A DNA stretch of 31,519 nt, taken from the NCBI GenBank assembly GCA_046726415.1, contig JBKPAK010000326.1:1-31519 (forward strand), read 5' to 3'. This document shows positions 1 through 8,816 of this stretch, one piece after another. The stretch's first letter is position 1; each line of letters opens with the position of its first letter. The notes beneath the pieces were generated by a model that had not been told where the DNA came from, searched no databases, and saw nothing but the letters and a program-made list of their open reading frames with translations. The position numbers were made by a program, and so were the translations under genes. The DNA is from Candidatus Methylomirabilota bacterium. Its GTDB lineage: Bacteria > Methylomirabilota > Methylomirabilia > Rokubacteriales > CSP1-6.

Positions 1-270
1 CTCTATTGGTTTCAGGCTATTGACGATTATGATCCCGAAGCGGATTTGGAAAACATCACCGCGCGCGTCCTCGCAATCAACTTTGCCGCTGATCTGCTCA
101 ACCCCGTCGAACTGGGAGCCCTTGAGCGTGCCTTTACGAAGGTCAAACATGGCCGGTATGTCATTATTCCCGATGGTCCCGACAGCAATGCGCACCTGTC
201 CGGCACGCAAGCCAAACTATGGGTGTCCTATTTGCAGTCGTTCCTGTCAGAACTCGAGGCGCAGGCCTGA
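1..270 (+). CDS. 3' part of alpha/beta-fold hydrolase (homoserine O-acetyltransferase-like); begins before the window
   Basis: Frame 1 is open from base 1: LYWFQAIDDYDPEADLENITARVLAINFAADLLNPVELG...GRYVIIPDGPDSNAHLS. This resembles the MetX-like hydrolase C-terminus with acid and His catalytic positions. Stop TGA at 268-270. Confidence 0.7.
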   Translation, partial: LYWFQAIDDYDPEADLENITARVLAINFAADLLNPVELGALERAFTKVKHGRYVIIPDGPDSNAHLSGTQAKLWVSYLQSFLSELEAQA

Positions 271-334
271 CAACGCATAGCGTGGTTCGAGGGCGGGGGA
301 GAGGTACCACTGCGGAGGCGGGGGCTGGTCCTAC

Positions 335-416
335 GCCGAACCAGGGGCTGCAGCCGACTGCTTACAGCCTCCGCTTCGCTTCGGCTTCCAGCAGCGGCTG
401 AGCCCTAGTGTTATCC
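335..416 (+). other. Integron attC recombination site (solo/CALIN-type)
   Basis: GCCGAAC (335-341, R''-like) ... GTTATCC (410-416, R'-like). Arms GGGCT-G-CAGCCG-A-CTGCT pair with AGCAG-CGGCTG-AGCCC, leaving two unpaired bases, as in attC hairpins. Confidence 0.75.
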
Positions 417-564
417 CGCATATGCGAATCGCAGTGAAGCAGCGTCGGAATGGTACGGATTTTGCTCCGCATTGACGCGGAAATGTCGGCCGCGCCAATG
501 CCCTTCGACCGCGAGCGCATCGTCTACTGCGGCTTCGGATGGCTCATCACGATGGAGAAGTGAC

Positions 565-1050
565 ATGATGAACCCCGCAAAGAACACGATCTGCCTTTGG
601 TACGATGGCGACGCCGAGGACGCGGCGCGATTTTACGCTAGGACCTTTCCTGATTCGTCCGTCGGCGCGGTGCACCGCGCACCGGGAGACTTTCCGTCCG
701 GGAAGAAAGGGGATGTGTTGACGGTCGAGTTTACCGTGATCGGCGTTCCCTGCCTCGGACTCAATGGCGGCCCCGCGTTCAAGCACAACGAAGCATTCTC
801 ATTTCAGGTCGCAACCGCTGATCAGGCCGAAACGGATCGCTACTGGAACGCGATCGTCGGCAACGGCGGCCAGGAGAGCGCGTGCGGCTGGTGCAAGGAC
901 AAATGGGGATTGTCCTGGCAGATTACCCCGATCGCCTTGACGAAAGCGATCACCGATCCCGATCGCGCGGCCGCCAAGCGCGCGTTCGATGCGATGATGC
1001 AGATGAAAAAGATCGACATCGCCGCGATCGAGGCGGCGCGCCGCGGTTGA
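565..1050 (+). CDS. VOC family protein (PhnB / 3-demethylubiquinone-9 3-methyltransferase-like)
   Basis: Motifs KNTICLWYDGDAEDAARFY, LNGGPAFKHNEAFSFQV, CGWCKDKWGLSWQI and AMMQMKKIDIA. GGAG RBS upstream of ATG 565. Confidence 0.9.
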   Translation: MMNPAKNTICLWYDGDAEDAARFYARTFPDSSVGAVHRAPGDFPSGKKGDVLTVEFTVIGVPCLGLNGGPAFKHNEAFSFQVATADQAETDRYWNAIVGNGGQESACGWCKDKWGLSWQITPIALTKAITDPDRAAAKRAFDAMMQMKKIDIAAIEAARRG

Positions 1051-1358
1051 GGCTGCATCTTAGAAGCGTGCGCCTCGGAAGCGCGAGGGGAACATGACGG
1101 GCGGCCCCGAACCCGGTCGCTCGTGAGCCCGCGGTTTTCGACCGCAGGGAGGACATGTTCGTGCCCTCACGAGAGGCGGGATAACTCATAAGGATTGAGA
1201 CGACCGCCGCGGTCGTTTCAATCCGATGTTCAAGAAGCCCGGTGTGCGCATCGGGGTCAGCGGGATATGGGAAATGCCTCGGGAGGGCCGGGACGGCAGC
1301 GAGTGCTACGACGACGGCGGGGAGCCCGAAGGTTGTCCTTCGACAAAATTCCGTCCCC

Positions 1359-2686
1359 TGTCCTGGTCAAAAACTCCGTTCGGCCCACCTCGCTTGAACT
1401 TACGCCACACCTCTCTCCCTCTGGGCCGCGTAGAGTCGAGGCACCGACACCACCTCTGGGCCGGGAGCCACCATGATCCCACTGTTCGCTCTCTCGACGT
1501 TCCTCCGTGCGTTGCTCCTGGGGTCGACGGCCATCGCCCTCGAGAACATGGCGCTCCGCCATCAACTCGCCGTCCTCCAACGCTCCGTACGCCGACCCCG
1601 CCTGTCGCGCTGGGATCGCATCCTCTGGGTTGGACTGTCTCGGTGCTGGGCGGGCTGGCGATCCAGCCTCCTCATCGTCAGGCCCGCCACCGTCCTTGCC
1701 TGGCACCGCCAGGGCTTCCAGCTCTACTGGCGGTGGAAGTCCAGGACGAGCCCGGTTGGCCGCCCACGACTCGACGCCAAGATTCGCCACCTGATCCGAC
1801 GCATGGCGCGGGAGAATCCCACCTGGGGCCGACGGCGCATCCAGGCGGAACTCGCGCTCCTCGGCTACCACGTCGCCGCACTGACCGTCGCCAAGTACAT
1901 GCACCGGCCCTCGCCGCGGCCGTCACCTACGTGGCGCACCTTTCTCGCCACTCACGCCCAGGACATCGTTGCTATCGACTTCCTCCTCGTGCCCACCCTC
2001 ACCTTCCGTCTGCTCTTCGTATTCGTCGTCCTGCGCCATCACCGCCGTGAACTCATCCATATCAACGTCACGGACCATCCAACGGCAGCCTAGACTGCGC
2101 GGCAGATCGTCGAGGCATTCCCAGACGACACGGCTCCGAAGTATCTGCTCCGTGATCGCGATCGAATCTACGGCGCTGAGTTCGCCCGGCGAGTCGAGCG
2201 GATGGGGATTCGTGAGGTGCTCATCGCCCCCCGCGCGCCCTGGCAAAATCCCTTCGCCGAGCGGGTCATCGGCTCGATCCGAAGAGAGTGCCTCAACCAC
2301 TTCCTCGTCCTGAACGAGCGGCACCTCCACCGGCTCCTGCGGCCTACAGGGTCTACTACAACGCCTCGCGCCCACATCAAGCTCTGGAGCAGAACAGCCC
2401 ACACCCACGGGACAGCGAGCCCCCTCTCCGCGGTCGGATCGTGGCGATTCCGCACCTCGGCGGACTCCATCAGCGGTACCAGCGCGCCGCCTGACACCAG
2501 ACGACCCGAGCCAACGACTGCTGGCCCGGGGCCACTGCCCCGCCGATCTCGCAGGGCCCAGACTCGGCCTTCTGGGGCAACGTCGTTTCCGTCGTGGCCC
2601 CCCGCTCTTGCTCCCTGGCCGGCCGCGCCCGTTTCGCGCTCCCGACGTCCGCCCACTTGGCGCTGCTGAGGTTTCTGACCGGCACA
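1359..2686 (+). mobile_element. IS481/IS3-like insertion sequence (rve integrase-core transposase), decayed
   Basis: Imperfect terminal inverted repeats TGTCCTGGTCAAAAACTC (from 1359) and GAGGTTTCTGACCGGCACA (2668-2686). TGT...ACA termini enclose the transposase. No target duplication seen. Confidence 0.65.
1473..2494 (+). pseudogene. Integrase-core (rve, DDE) transposase with in-frame stop and frameshift
   Basis: Motifs ENMALRHQL, RRMARENPTWGRRRIQAEL, AIDF, LLRDRDRIYG, PWQNPFAERVIGSIRRECL, YYNASRPHQAL and GGLHQRY. TAG at 2091-2093 replaces the usual Trp; frameshift near 2341. Confidence 0.85.
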
Positions 2687-2907
2687 CGAGAGAGGCCTGG
2701 CAAGGCGAGCCTCTCGCGCCGGCGCCCGTCCCCCTGGATCGGGCCCGCCCGCTGCGGGCGAGCCGACGCCGGTGCCGCGGCCCGGACGACCAGCCGCCAC
2801 GCCGCGTGCAGCGGACGCCAGGAGGGATCGCTGGTGGCTCCCGCCCCACCTGGCCGCCGCGAGAGGGCGAAGGGGAGGCCGCCGCGGGAAGGCGAGGCGG
2901 GCCGGGG

Positions 2908-3131
2908 CTACGCGGCGCCGGCGATGCGCGCCACGTCGAACTTGTAGAGCCCCGCCGTGTTGGCCCCGACGATCTGCGCGCGCTCTCCTCGAGGGCGACG
3001 TCGGTCAGGATCTCCGCGAGGATCTTCCGCGACTGCGGGAAGGTGGACTCGCTGTGAAGATAGTCGGAGCCCCACATCATGTTGTCCACGCCGATGACGT
3101 CGCGGAGGCGAATGCCGATGACGTCCTTCTG
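2908..3131 (-). pseudogene. C-terminal fragment of Amidohydro_2-family amidohydrolase
   Basis: IGIRLRDVIGVDNMMWGSDYLHSESTFPQSRKIL...(frameshift ~2980)...QIVGANTAGLYKF. WGSDYPH-type motif; no upstream part. Confidence 0.7.
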
Positions 3132-3135
3132 ATAT

Positions 3136-3183
3136 CTACGCTAGCTCCTCCAGCAACGCTTTGGCCTCCTGGAGATCGGCAAT
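3136..3183 (-). pseudogene. Last ~15 codons of an adenylate cyclase/AAA-ATPase-TPR-type gene
   Basis: IADLQEAKALLEELA* resembles the stereotyped C-terminal tail of these proteins. It abuts the truncated IS5 transposase. Confidence 0.45.
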
Positions 3184-3186
3184 GCG

Positions 3187-4095
3187 CCCGAGAAACTGGT
3201 GCGCGCCCTGCTGCTGCAGGTGCTGTACACGATCCGCAGTGAGCGGTTGCTCATGGAGCAGCTCGACTACAACCTGCTGTTTCGCTGGTTCGTGGGCCTG
3301 GAGATGGAGGATCCGGTCTGGCGTGCCACGGTACTCACCAAGAACCGACAGCGGTTGCTCGACGGGGAGGTCGCCCGGGCTTCTTCGACCGGGTGGTCGC
3401 CCAGGGCGCGGGAGCGGGGGCTGCTCTCTGACGAGCACTTCACGGTGGACGGGACGTTGGTGGAGGCCTGGGCCGGCCTCAAGAGCTTCAAGCGGAAGGA
3501 CGCGCCCACGACCGCGCCCGACGATCCCGGGAACCCGACCGTCAATTTCCACGGAGAGCGCCGCAGCAACACCACCCATGCTTCGACGACCGAGCCGGAC
3601 GCGCGGCTCGCCCGCACGGGCAACGCCCACGAAGCGAAGCTCTCCGACACCGGGCATGTGCTGATGGAAAACCGCAACGGGTTGGCCGTGGGCGGCTGCG
3701 TGCTCCCGGCCGGCGGCTACGCGGAGCGGGCGGCGGCCCTGGAACTGGTCGGGGCCCTGGAGCGGGGCCCGCGAGTCACCCTCGGAGCCGACAAGGGTTA
3801 CGACACCGGCGATTTCGTGGACGCGGTCCGCCTGCTGGGGGTGACGCCCCACGTCGCACAGAACACCACCAAGCGCGTCAGCGCCATCGACGGCCGGACG
3901 ACGCGCCACGCGGGCTATGCAGTGAGCCAGCGGCGGCGCAAGCGGGTCGAGGAGATCTTCGGCTGGCTCAAGACGGTAGGGCTGATGCGCAAGACACGGC
4001 ACCGAGGCACCCGCCGGGTCGATTGGATGTTCACCTTTGCGCTGGCCGCCTACCACTTGGTTCGCCTCCGCAACCTCACCACCCAGACCGCATGA
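3187..4095 (+). pseudogene. IS5-family transposase, 5'-truncated
   Basis: Motifs PEKLVRALLLQVLYTIRSERLLMEQLDYNLLFRWFVGL, EHFTVDGTLVEAWA, TLGADKGYD, RKRVEEIFGWLK and AAYHLVRL. N-terminus missing. A compensating -1/+1 pair near 3378-3405 scrambles RAFFDRVVAQ. Confidence 0.88.
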
Positions 4096-4181
4096 GGAGC
4101 GAACGACCATCTCCGAAAGCCCACTGTGCACCGGCCGCGGCCGGTGATCGGCAGCACACGATCCCAGCGCGGCGTCGCGCA

Positions 4182-5366
4182 CATTTCACCGATCCCCGCA
4201 CCGGACGCAACTCCCAGTTTCCGCTGGCCGACCTGTTTCGTCAGTCGATCTAGAGCCCCCTGGCCGGGTACGAGGACACGAACGACGCGGAGCGACTGGC
4301 GGATGGACCCTACGTTTCGGATGCTGGCGTCGCGGGAGCGGCGCGACACGAGCGTCGCGCTCACGTCCACGTTGCATTGGTTCGAGACAGATGTCCTTGC
4401 GGAGGAGCGGAACTACCAAGGACTGACTCGCTTGAACACGGGCCTGGTTCAAGGGGCGGCGGAGCGATCGCCCCGCCGACGCGTGACGCTCGACATCGAC
4501 AGCTCCGAGAGCCCGGTCCATGGGACGCAGGAGCAGTCCGCGTACAACGGGCACTTCGAGTCCGTCTGCTACCACCCGCTCTTCGTCTTCAACCCCGAGG
4601 GCGACTGCCTGGCGGCAAAGCTCCGGCCGGGCAACGTCCACAGTGCGGAAGGGTGGGATGACGTCCTGCTGCCCATATCATTGATCGGTATCGCCAGCGT
4701 GGGCGGACGGTCGTGGTCCGGGCGGACGCCGCGTTCGCAATGCCCGCGCTCGACGAGGCACTGGAACGCCGAGGGGTGCGCTACGCGATCCGGTTGCCGG
4801 CCAAGGACTTGCTGGAGCGGCAGATCGAGGATCTGCTCACCCGGCCTCGGGGCCGCCCGAGTCACGCGCCGCTGGTCCATTATCGCAGCTTCCACTGTCA
4901 GGCCGCCTCCTGGAACCGCCCGCGGCGCGTGATCGCCAAGATCGAGCATCATCTCGGGGAACTGTTCCCTCGGGTTGGCTTCATCGTCACCACACCGACC
5001 AGCACGAATCGCGCGATCGTCCGCTTCTACAACCAGCGAGGCACCGCCGAGCAATGGATCAAGGAAGGCAAGGCCGCGACCCACTGGACCCGCCTCTCCT
5101 GTCACCGCTTCCGGGCGAACGAGGTGCGGTTGCTCCTCGGCGTGATCGCCTACAACCTCGGCAACCTGCTGCGTCGACTGGTGCTGCCCGTCGCAATTCA
5201 GGACTGGTCGCTCACGAGTCTCCAGCAGCGGCTGCTCAAGACCGGCGGGCGGCTGGTCCGGCACGCCCGGTACTTCATCCTGCAGCTCGCTGAAAGCTAC
5301 TTGACAGGGCCCCTCTTTCGCCAGATCCTCGCGCGCATCGGGCAGCTGGCGTGGCACCCGACGTGA
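4182..5366 (+). pseudogene. IS1380-family transposase, truncated and frameshifted
   Basis: Motifs DPRTGRN..LADLFRQS, AGYEDTNDAERL, TLDIDSSESPVHG..SAYNGHF..CYHPLF, LRPGNVHSA, RADAAF, FYNQRGTAEQWIKEGK and ANEVRL. Stop at 4251-4253; frameshifts near 4300 and 4675. Confidence 0.9.
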
Positions 5367-5595
5367 TCGAGCGCGAACAGGCGTGAGTGCTGCGTCGAGC
5401 CAATGCGGGAGTATCCCTGGGGGGTGATGTTCACGAGCGGTACGGTCTCGACGAAGGCGGGATCTGCGGTGCTGACGCCACAAGAACGGGTCAGGTCACC
5501 GAAAGGGAATGGGTTGCCACCTCGGTCGGCCTGTCGTGTCACCCTCTCCAGGAGGTGGAGGGGAGACCCAGATGGGCCATATCGCAAATCCCGAC

Positions 5596-5959
5596 TTATT
5601 CGGGTTCGTGCTTGCAACCGGCCCTGCGCCGGCGCAGGAGCACCACGCCAACCACAGATATCAGGGCCGGCACGGCGTCGGTCACGAACATTGGCACGAG
5701 GAATTCTATTCCAAGCTGATGCGCAAGGATACCAGGACGAGCTGCTGCAACCTCTCCGACTGCGTCCCGACGCTGTCACGCACGATCACCCGATCACTAT
5801 GAAGTGCTTGTCGACGGCGAGTGGACGAAAGTCCCGCAAGGCGTGATCCAGAACGTCACCGCGCCCGACGGGGGCGCGCATGTGTGCTTCCCCAAGCAGC
5901 CGAGCAATCATTATCCAAAGGGCACGCTGTTCTGCGTCGTGTTGCCACCGGAGACTTGA
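5596..5959 (+). pseudogene. Small Cys/His-rich exported hypothetical protein, 5'-truncated with two frameshifts
   Basis: Joined frames read LFGFVLATGPAPAQEHH...HEHWHEEFYSKLMRKDTRTSCCNLSDCVPT / DHYEVLVDGEWTKVP..APDGGAHVCFP / ..GTLFCVVLPPET*. Confidence 0.5.
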
Positions 5960-6014
5960 CGCTCGATGACCGCATCAGGCGCTGCCCCCGTCGTGGCGTG
6001 CACCACGACCCGCC

Positions 6015-6917
6015 ATGACCGCTGAACCTACACCGTCGGCGACGCCAGGGCCGAACGACCCCAGCCGACCGAAAACTGCGTTCGTCTTCCCCGGCGGTGG
6101 CAGCTTCGGCTCCGTGCAGGTTGGCATGATGCGCGCACTCCTGGCGCACGGCGCAGTGGCCGACATCGCCGTTGGCTCGAGCGTCGGCGCCATGAATGCC
6201 GCCTATTTCGCAGGGATGCCGACGGCACAGGGCATCGAGAAGCTGGCCACAATCTGGCGCTCGCTGCGGCGGCAAGACGTGTTTCCGATCACTTGGCAAA
6301 CCCTGATCGGATTTATCCTGCGCCGCGATTTTCTGGTCGCAGCTGACGGCGTGCGCAAGCTGATCGACACGCATGTGCCCTATCGCAACTTGGAGGATGC
6401 GAATATCCCGCTGTACGTGGTCGCCACCGATCTTCTCTCCGGCGAGACTGTGGTGTTGTCGAAAGGGCCCGTGGCTCAGGCCGTTGCTGCGTCGACCGCC
6501 ATTCCCGCGGCTTTCGCGCCGGTGCAGCTGGAGAACCTCTATCTCGCCGACGGCGCGATCACGTGCAACACACCGGTCAGGGTCGCGGTCGCATGCGGCG
6601 CACGACGGCTCTTCGTCTTGCCGACCGGCTATGCCTGCGCGCTGGAGGCGCCGCCACGCGGGGCCATCGCTTGCGCGCTGCACGCACTCACGCTGCTGAT
6701 CGCGCGTCAACTGCTCCACGAGCTGCACGGCCTCGACCCGGACATCGAATGTTTCGTCGTGCCGCCGCTCTGTCCGCTGCTCGGGTCACCCTACGATTTC
6801 TCGCTGACGAACGAACTGATCGATCGCGCCGCGGAGAGCACCCGCAGCTGGCTCGCAGAGGGTGGGTTGAGGCGCCGGGAAATCCCCGACCAATTGCAGC
6901 CGCACAAGCATCACTAA
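6015..6917 (+). CDS. Patatin-like phospholipase
   Basis: GGGSFG oxyanion loop, GSSVG nucleophile motif, ASTAIP and DGA catalytic Asp motif. Confidence 0.92.
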   Translation: MTAEPTPSATPGPNDPSRPKTAFVFPGGGSFGSVQVGMMRALLAHGAVADIAVGSSVGAMNAAYFAGMPTAQGIEKLATIWRSLRRQDVFPITWQTLIGFILRRDFLVAADGVRKLIDTHVPYRNLEDANIPLYVVATDLLSGETVVLSKGPVAQAVAASTAIPAAFAPVQLENLYLADGAITCNTPVRVAVACGARRLFVLPTGYACALEAPPRGAIACALHALTLLIARQLLHELHGLDPDIECFVVPPLCPLLGSPYDFSLTNELIDRAAESTRSWLAEGGLRRREIPDQLQPHKHH

Positions 6918-7046
6918 TTTGAACAGGGTGGAACAGCGAGTGCGCGAGTCCCTGTGTCATCGTGCTTAGACAATGGCGGCTTAAAGCAAGCTCGGCGTCG
7001 AAACGTGGACGGCGGCTAAAATGCCTTGTATGAAAGCGGCTGGCCG

Positions 7047-7052
7047 TGTCAA
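7047..7052 (-). promoter_or_regulatory. Outward-facing perfect -35 hexamer (TTGACA) just inside the downstream IR
   Basis: Minus strand reads TTGACA-C-GGCCAGCCGCTTTCAT. IS1111-group elements form a promoter across the circle junction. Confidence 0.5.
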
Positions 7053-7333
7053 CTCGTGAGTCGATTCGTGCCTCCGGATTTGAGATCGGTTCCATTCACG
7101 GGAAGGTGGTCGGTGACGGTGGGGCCGATCTCGCGAGGTTCTATCAGCCTTCTATTCGCGCTCAGCAAGGACGAGCCCAGCGAGTGAGCCCGTCGGCGCA
7201 GGAGGGGATTCGAGGGGTGGGGCGCCATCTACGCGGCGGCCCTGGGACAGCAGCCAAGGAACATTTCGCGCTCACCCACCCATCGAACCTGCGGGAGACC
7301 AGTCCCCGCATCGTCAGGGCGGCGTCGACTCGG
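7053..7333 (-). ncRNA. Candidate bridge RNA/seekRNA-encoding region
   Basis: Non-coding region between the transposase stop and the IR. Contains hairpins (GAGATCGG/CCGATCTC; CGCGA/TCGCG; TGCGGG/CCCGCA) and short matches to both element junctions. Confidence 0.6.
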
Positions 7334-8392
7334 TCAGCTACCCACCGGGGCAGCAGCAGCCGCAGCGGGACGACGAGGATGCCGAACGCGCTGGGGCTCG
7401 AACACGCTGCCATCTCGCAGCAGCGCATAGAGGATGCCGGCGAGGCGCCGGGCGAGGGCGACCACGGCCACCGGTTTCCCGCCGCGCGCGGCGATGCGCA
7501 AAGCCCAGGTCCGCAGCTCCTCCGCCTGCGGCGGGCGGCGGCGGAGGATCGAGACGGCGGCCTGAATCAGGAGCCAGCGGGTGCGCGAGTGGCCGGCCTT
7601 AGTGATCGCGCCCCGGCGCTGCGTCTCGCCCGAGCTGTATTCGCGGGGCACGAGGCCGAGGTAGGCTTCGAGCTGATGCGCGTGGCGGAAGCGGTGAGCA
7701 TCGTCGATGGTGGCGATGAAGGCGGCGGCGGTGATGGGACCGATGCTGGGAACAGAGCGCAGGCGCGGCACGCGCGGATCCTGGACGGCGAGGTGTTCGA
7801 TCGTGGCGTCGGAGTACGCGAGTTGCCCGTTGAGAGGGCGCATGAGGGCGAGCAGCGGTGCGACGACCGAGCGCAAGCGGCCCGGCAGGGGGAGGCCCTG
7901 CACGCGATGGACAAAATTCTCCGCACTCCCGGAGGGGACGCGGTAGCCGTGCTGGCGGAGCAGGGCCCGGATGATCGAGATGTAGCGTGTGCGGGTCCGG
8001 ACGAGGGCGTCCCGGACCACCAAGCGGCCGCGCACGTGCCGCTGGCGATCGGAGAGCCGATGGGCGGGGCGGTAGGCCCCGAGCAGGCAGGCCTCCGCCA
8101 GAGCTTGCGCATCACGCCGGTCAGTCTTCACTTTGCGGGTGCGCGTCGCATACATGGGCGCGAAGTTCGGGTCCGCGACGATGACCTCGTGGCCGAGCGC
8201 CTCCAGGCAGCGGGCCACCCATTCGCTGTCGGTCGAGGCCTCGATCACAATCCGGGCGCGGGCCCGCGTCCCGAGCACGGCGCCGAAGCGCTCCGGCTCG
8301 GTCCGGATGCGCCGCTCGATGACTTCGCCCCCCTCGGCGAGGATGTAGATCTGGCTTTCCCGCTTGTGTACGTCGATGCCAATATGGTCCAT
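7334..8392 (-). CDS. IS110-family recombinase/transposase (DEDD RuvC-like + Tnp20 domain)
   Basis: GIDVHK, IEAS and KTDRRDA supply DEDD; also SVPSIGPITA, AYLGLVPREYSSG (catalytic Ser motif), ITKAG and AVVALARRL. 352 aa, with GAGAGGAGAGG RBS upstream. Confidence 0.95.
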   Translation of the reverse strand: MDHIGIDVHKRESQIYILAEGGEVIERRIRTEPERFGAVLGTRARARIVIEASTDSEWVARCLEALGHEVIVADPNFAPMYATRTRKVKTDRRDAQALAEACLLGAYRPAHRLSDRQRHVRGRLVVRDALVRTRTRYISIIRALLRQHGYRVPSGSAENFVHRVQGLPLPGRLRSVVAPLLALMRPLNGQLAYSDATIEHLAVQDPRVPRLRSVPSIGPITAAAFIATIDDAHRFRHAHQLEAYLGLVPREYSSGETQRRGAITKAGHSRTRWLLIQAAVSILRRRPPQAEELRTWALRIAARGGKPVAVVALARRLAGILYALLRDGSVFEPQRVRHPRRPAAAAAAPVGS

Positions 8393-8499
8393 GGCTGGCC
8401 TCTCCTCTCTGCGGCGTTGACCGCGATGTGCTCTTGTGGGGCAGCTGATGCCACCACGTCAAGCGAGAGGCCAGCCGCTTCATCCATCTACGCTCTGCC

Positions 8500-8697
8500 G
8501 GTAGCCCTGGGCGCGGCCACGATGCTGGAGGAGGAGGGCATCAGCGCCGAGGTGATTGATCCCAGAACCACGTGGCCGCTCGACAAGCAGGCGCTGATCG
8601 ACTCGGCGAAGAAGACCTCGCGGTCGCTCGTGGTGGACGAGGGCTACGAGCGCTACGGGGTGACGGCGGAGATCGCCTCGGTGATCGCGGAGGGGGA
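8500..8697 (+). pseudogene. Internal fragment of 2-oxoacid/acetoin dehydrogenase E1 beta subunit
   Basis: VALGAATMLEEEGISAEVIDPRTTWPLDKQALIDSAKKTSRSLVVDEG...GVTAEIAS (transketolase C-terminal domain). Both ends missing. Confidence 0.75.
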
Positions 8698-8816
8698 CCG
8701 AGCGGCACGGTGAGGGCCGTCCGCCGCCCCAAGCGCACCCTCCGATCGCGAACGCGACGCGTGCCGTCCTCGCGCGGCAGGCAGTGAATGCTCGACGGCG
8801 AACGAGGAATGATTCG

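Larger units (their letters stand above)
7024..8485 (-). mobile_element. IS110-family element, IS1111 group; apparently intact
   Basis: Sub-terminal inverted repeats ATGAAAGCGGCTGGCC (7030-7045) and GGCCAGCCGCTTCAT (8469-8483), intact transposase, and long non-coding region 3' of the gene. Ends uncertain by about 6 nt. Confidence 0.85.

Noticed and set aside
1255..1285. ATATGGGAAAT, similar to ATATCGCAAAT near 5580, as an orphan IS1380 end
   Set aside because: Match too short and no adjacent IS1380 coding remnant.
7046..8713. 555-aa plus-strand ORF
   Set aside because: Antisense of the IS110 transposase running by chance into an E1-beta fragment; not a coherent protein.
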